Origin: the human T2T-CHM13v2.0 reference genome, Homo sapiens
Assembly: GCF_009914755.1 (NCBI RefSeq)
Contig: NC_060938.1
Direction: 5' to 3' (one strand)
DNA length: 64,000 nt
Part shown: piece after piece, positions 56,080 through 64,000 of the stretch
How positions within the stretch are numbered: the stretch's first letter is position 1
Layout of the letters: the number at the start of each line of letters is the position of its first letter
The notes under the pieces: generated by a model
Told to the model about the DNA's origin: nothing
Databases searched by the model: none
Seen by the model: the letters and a program-made list of their open reading frames with translations, nothing else
Program-made: the position numbers and the translations under genes

Positions 56080-56300
56080 CCAGTCTGCTATTTTAATGCC
56101 TCAATTTTAAATACAAAAGGATAGCCAGTTATAGCAGACATATTAGCAAAACTTAGCATGTAAAAGACAGTGATGAAAACAAAACAGAAGAAAAGTAAAT
56201 TTGGGGAATATAAGATACTGAAGATGAAATGGAAACATAAAAAATTAGTTTATTAGAAGGACGAGAGAAAATACTGCATTCATGAAACAAGAATAGAATG

Positions 56301-56610
56301 ATTTTTTATTTTATTTTTTTGAGATGGAGTCTTGCTCTATCACCCAGGCTGGGGTGCAGTGGCACCATCTCGGCTCACTGTAACCTCTGCCTCCTGGGTT
56401 CAAGCAATTCTCCCTGTCTCAGCCACCTGTAATCCCAAGTAGCTGGGATTACAGGTGCGCACCACCACACCCAGCCAATTTTTGTATTTTAGTAGAGGCG
56501 GGGTTTCACCCTGTTGGCCAGGCTGGTCTCGAACTCCTGACCTCAGGTGACCCAGCTGTCTTGGCCTTCCAAAGTGCTGGGATTATAGGCATGGGGCACT
56601 GCACCTGGCC
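56301..56610 (-). mobile_element. AluS
   Basis: TSD agaatgattttt. Confidence 0.95.
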
Positions 56611-57082
56611 AGAATGATTTTTTTAAACGGAAGAAACAGAGAACACAAAATTTCTTCAAAATTGAGCCCAAGAATCAATGTGAAAGATTAAATAATCTGG
56701 TTGGAAAACGATGTTTTAAAAAGTCTCTCAAATACCTAAGAGAAAAAGATAAAGAAATGGAGGGTGCAGGAGAAAAAAATAAGAAAGTGTTCAGGTGGCC
56801 CAGTGTCCAATGAATAGAACATTTACAGAATGAAAGAACAAAGAATGGGAAGGAAAAGGAATTAATCAAAGAGTAATAAAATAAAATTTTACTCAACTGA
56901 AAGTTGTGAAGGTCCACTGAGTGTCCAGTACAAGGACCATAAAAAGAACAACACAAAGACTACTCCAGTATTAAACAGATGATCCTAAAAAAAATCCAGA
57001 AAAGAGCATATAACATAAAAAAAACTGGAATCAGACTATTTTGGGCTGCTCAGTTCCAACAGTAAAAGCTAGAAGTTAATGA

Positions 57083-57833
<751 letters not shown>

Positions 57834-60800
57834 ACCTTGAAAATTCTAATGGCAAATGTTTTACTACCTGTCATTTTATGCCCAGCCAACCATCAGTCAG
57901 TTTAAAGCTAGGCATGCTAAGACTCAAAGCTTTTACCACCCATGCACCCCTTCTTAGGCAGTTACTAAATGAAGAAGGTAGTGGTCCATCCAGGTGAGGG
58001 AGTGAATTAAGAAAAGAAGAAATGAAATCTGGGAGACGTGGGATCCATCCAGGAGAGAAAGAAAGGAACTGTCAGGATGGTGATTGGTGGGATGTTCCCC
58101 AGAATACCTCTTCAGGAGACCTAGAGATCAGCAGCTAGATTGGGGCATGAGAAGAGCCCTAGGAGAGAGTTCTTCAGGGAAGAGAAATGGAATTGATAGG
58201 AATCTGTTGTTTTTGACTGTGTGGAAAGAATAACAAGATTTTTTTGCTTCTTATGTTGTATGTAGGAAAAATTAAGCGTAGGTATATAGAAATAAAGCAA
58301 ATGAAAATAAATGAAACTGTTACTAAGTTCGGGAAAAGTAAAGTAAGCAACTGAGCAAATATAGCCGTAGTAACGTAAATCCTAATATATATAGCTATGT
58401 GATATAACTAATATACACACATGTGAACATAAATAGGTACATAGAATGGGGTAAGGAAATGGGAGAGACACTTAATGGAAGCATGCTAATTTCTCATCTT
58501 CCACAACAGGACTTCAACATTTACTACGTAAGATTGACAAATTAAAAAGTAGCAATATGAGCGTGTTATTTAGGAATAAGGAAATAGTGAGGGAAACAGT
58601 GCTATGTATTGAAAGTGGCTGTGGCTGTTCTTGGGACTGAAGAAGATGGAGTCAAGCAGTATCGGTTTCCCCCACTTTATATGCCTGTGGTACTATTTGC
58701 CTTTAACTACTATGTATATTACTTTGATAAAAACATAAACGAATTAAAAATAAAATAGCATTGCAGTAAGTATCTTTGGACAATTATTACAGATTGTAAA
58801 ATCACGTCTCAGTGTTTGTTTTACCACCTATTTTCCTATTCAAATGTGGTTGACATTTATGATTAAGCCTCTGCTAAGGACTAAGTATCCTAAAATCAAA
58901 TAAGATGCAGTTCCTGGCCTGAAGCACTTACATTTCAGTGGGTGGCGCATCAGAAAACTGAGCATTCACAGTGTGTCCTGTTTGATTGTCTTTTGGGAAC
59001 CAAGGATGTGGAGAAAGTTTGGGACCTCAAGAGAAAGAGTGGATGTCTACAGCTGCACAAGGAAGGGCAAACCAGCAGAGCTCCTGGGACCTGCTGAAGG
59101 AGGAAAGATGCCCGAGAGCTGGGCAGAGGAAAATCCCTCCTGCTTTCAACAACTATGCATTTCCAAATGTCGAAAGAGAGATTGCAGAGCTCAACAACAT
59201 GAATATTTTCTGGCTTACCTGCCAATGGTTTTTTTCTCCCCCTAAAATGAAACAATATCCATTATCTCTAGCGACATGTCTATTTTAACTTTGTCACTGT
59301 TAACAGTGGTTACTGGTATTCCAATACTTTTTCCTAATGTGTATAGTGTTGTTTTGATTTGTATGCCTTTGATGCTTATTATACTCAGAACAGTAGATGG
59401 GCCTTTTCTTGTGCTTGTGTTCTGTCAAAGAATTTTTCTTAGTTCAACATATTCTTTCTTTAAAACTTGTTTTAACTGCAGTGATGCCAGAAAGTTTCAA
59501 AAAGACAGTTCCTCACTTTTTCTTGGCAGCAGTTCTGGTGTTAGAAGGTAATAACACATAGTGAAATCATGATTTATTTAAAGTAGAAATTTTGATTTCT
59601 ACAACAAAAATCTTGATTTTTAACCACCATAAATTTCCTGTAGTAATCCCAAGGGATGCTGTAAAAAGAATAAGGTGGGGTAGGGGTGGGAGTGGAAGGG
59701 GTGGACAACTTCCTGAAAGAGAACATACCCCAGTGCAATCTTGAAGGAGGAGTAAGAGTTAGAGGAGTAAAGGGTGGATAAGAATAAAACAGGAGGAGGA
59801 AGGAAGAGAATTGAATGGAGTTGTGTTCCAGCAAAAGTTACCACTTGGCTTCACCTGAAGTCTCACGAGAACCCGGTGCATTCAAGAAATTTTAACTGGT
59901 TTCCTTTCCCTTTGACTGGAGCTCAGGGTTCAGGGAGCATGGTGGGAAGAGTGTGGAGAGATTGGGCTGTTAATTAGGGAGATTTATCTTGCACTTAGGA
60001 AATTCTGACATTGCAAAAACAGAGAGGCTATCTCCTTGAGGATTTAAGCGAAGGAGGCTAAGACTCGTGCTAATATGCACCTTATAAACAGTCTTGAATA
60101 GGCAAAGTGATCAGTTTTTAAAATAAGCATTATTGCAGACACACAAGACTATGTTTTAAGATCAAACTTACATTCTAGTTAGAGGATTTATTTTACTTTG
60201 TCACAAAAATGAAAAGGTTGGCAAAAAAAAAGAAGACTTCGTGCCACAAGGTTTTATCTTTGAACACTTTATTGGTTTGCGTTTTGATTAATTTTTTTTC
60301 TAGTTAATAAGAGTTTAAATGATCAAGTTAATACATTTGTGAGGAAAATCTCACTTAGAAATCAGAGATTTTTAAGTTTAGGGGATTAGATTAAAAATAA
60401 TTTTATTTGAAAGTTAGGCATAAAATGTATGTATATTTGCATATGTGCATAGTTTTTAAAAAAAACTGGAAGGATGTGGTATGCATTAAAGAAAGATACT
60501 TTGTTTGCTCCTGCTTTCATTTCTGTTGACAAGTTGCCAGAATTATTTGTATAGGGCCTCTATTTTCGGAACCATGATATAAATAAAGGATTCAAAATGT
60601 TTCCAATATGAAGCATTTCATCCAGCATTTTTACATCAGCTTTGAATGGGAGGAGGTCCTTTGCTGCTTGTGAGCATAAGTGGATTCTTTGGCTCTTAAT
60701 CATCCACCCCTTTGCCTTTCTTTTTCTGGCTCTGTAAATACTTAAGTTGCTGCGGAACTGACTGTCCCTTGCACTGGATCCTTTCTCTCCTCTGCCCTTA

Positions 60801-61764
60801 TCATTCAGTGTCTTACTGTCTGTGCCCCCAGCCCACACACAGTGCCTGGAAGAATATGTATACTATGATGAGTGACTATCATTGGGCTTGGGATTGGGAC
60901 ATGTAGAAGAAGACGTATACTTTTCACTTTTTCTGTACTATTTCAATTATTAAAATTTTCAGTAAGCATATAACCGGGTTCAAAAATGACTGAAAAGGGG
61001 CAAAGGAGAGACTTGTGTGGGGAGAAAAATTATTTGAGGGTAAAAGATAAAAATTATTTTGACCATCATTAATTTGATGGTAATTGTTTTAAATTTCTGG
61101 TTTTAGTTGTCTCTCCCTTTAATGCTGTATTAACCACACTGCCTTCCATTGTCCTGTGAGAATATGTTTATTTGCTGGGATTTTAAATAGTCGATTCTAT
61201 TGTGGATTAGTTTATCTTTTAGTTACTTCATTGTGACAGTGTTTTATCCAGTTCTGTGTCACTTCTTGTTAATCTTTTAATAGATTTGCTCCTTTTTATG
61301 CCTGTTTTTCATGCTCCTTTGATGAGTGGATTGGGGTGAGAAGGTCAAACCCACTATTTTTTATTCATTACTGTTGTGAAGGCTCTTCAAGAGAGAAAGA
61401 TGAAGCTGAAACCTTTATTAAATTTTGCTAATGTGGACTTGTTTTTGGCATTTCTCCGTCAACACAGATATGTGTGAAATAACCATGATTACGTTTTAGA
61501 TTACAATAGAAGTTCTGATAATTTATCAGTTAATTTCCATTCTATTTTAGCTGAAAGCACGTAACTTTTATTTCTAGTGATTACATTTCAAGGGTACTAA
61601 GCTTAGGTGCTTTCAGGATAAGGATTGGACAGATCTTTTCCTCAAGAGCCTGAAAGTCTCACTGGGGAGAGAAGGCTGAACCACAGGTAGACTGAATCTT
61701 GAAATTTCAGTAAGTAGCAGAAAGGGAAGCATTTTTAGAAAGGAGGGTGCCCTGGTACAAGGAA

Positions 61765-61910
61765 CATGGCTTAGGGATCAGACTCTCGAGCAGTGACCCA
61801 GTCTCGTCTAAGCTGCTGGGTCTTCATGTACAAACTGCAGTAGATAATAGCTCTTTAAAGATTGCTTTAGCGAGTTAGTGAGATAATGAGCAGTGCCTGA
61901 TGCATACATA
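61765..61910 (+). mobile_element. MIR
   Basis: ggcttagggatcagac...gagttagtgagataat..cagtgcctg. Confidence 0.55.
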
Positions 61911-62318
61911 ACTGGTTACAATGGATGGAAACAGATTATTGAACAAGCATGCTCTGAAAGGACAGCATGGTGCAACAGGCAGGGTAAGAGTAGGGGAGTG
62001 AGGAAATCTGGATGTAAACCTGGACTTGACACTTGCTATTTAATCCTAGGTGGACTTACAGTTTCTGGCTACTACTGGTGGAAAATGATGGGCTCAGACA
62101 AGGTATTCTTTATAATTTACAGTTTTAAATTGTCAATATTGAATTCTTCATGCAGGCTGAGTCACTTGGTAGAGCTTTATGAAGAGGGCACAGTGGTTTG
62201 TTTAGGGCAAGCCTGTTTCCTTCTGTTAATATAAGAAGGAAACAGTTTGTGGGCAGGTGCCAGTTACTCTTGAATTCCAGGCCTAAAATCCAGGCCTAAA
62301 TAAGAAAATAATGGCAGG

Positions 62319-62650
<332 letters not shown>

Positions 62651-62866
62651 TCAAAGTGACATGACTACCATAGCATTTTTAAAAAGTTAAAGTTAATTAT
62701 CAATAAATACTTTTTCTCTCACTGTATCCATATCCACAGGATATAGAAATTCATGCCTGCGCTGGACTGCAGAAGTGGTACACAGGCTATAAGGGAGCCT
62801 TTTTTCTTTTATATTTTCAAAGTAGTTTTTCTACCATAAATTTTGTAACCACTAGCCCAGTATTGA

Positions 62867-63884
<1,018 letters not shown>

Positions 63885-63936
63885 TGACCACTCCTTTACC
63901 TCTCTATGCTCTTTCTTCATTCGTAAAATGGAGATA

Positions 63937-64000
63937 CAGTTAACCCTTGAATAATGCAGCGATTGTGGCACCAAAACTCCCACCCTGAATGCAGTTGAAT
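63937..64000. mobile_element. TcMar-Tigger end (MER8/Tigger2-like)
   Basis: TA-cagttaacccttgaataa terminal repeat; runs off window. Confidence 0.6.

Noticed and set aside
58950-59551. Cluster of 90-100-aa ORFs in unique sequence
   Set aside because: No recognisable domain or convincing splice-site pair; lengths within chance expectation

Overview
Primate (almost certainly human) intronic DNA, dense in repeats, with no credible protein-coding exon. It holds about 40 Alus plus old L1M/L2/MIR fragments, LTRs (THE1C, MST, MLT1/2, MER21/31/39-like) and DNA transposon fossils (Tigger1, Tigger4a, MER20, MER58A, MER81). One clean 59-nt spliced exon on the + strand (14808-14866) carries a strong-Kozak ATG; from memory it matches a 5'-UTR exon of SIPA1L1 (not verified). 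The most interesting structure is at 52959-54230: a MER41-family endogenous-retrovirus element that is not a provirus or solo LTR. It has the anatomy of an L1-retrotransposed, probably spliced ERV mRNA (R-U5-PBS-~300 bp internal-PPT-U3-R-poly(A), ~15-bp target-site duplication). Its GAS(STAT)-motif/TATA module was later tandemly duplicated. The window also records several local DNA-copying events: two ~0.8-kb-offset templated insertions, a perfect 100-bp tandem duplication and a quasi-palindrome-perfecting insertion. A ~520-bp CCT/CTT/CTG tract has grown in an Alu linker. Repeat subfamily names are by-eye recall of consensus sequences, and most repeat boundaries are approximate.
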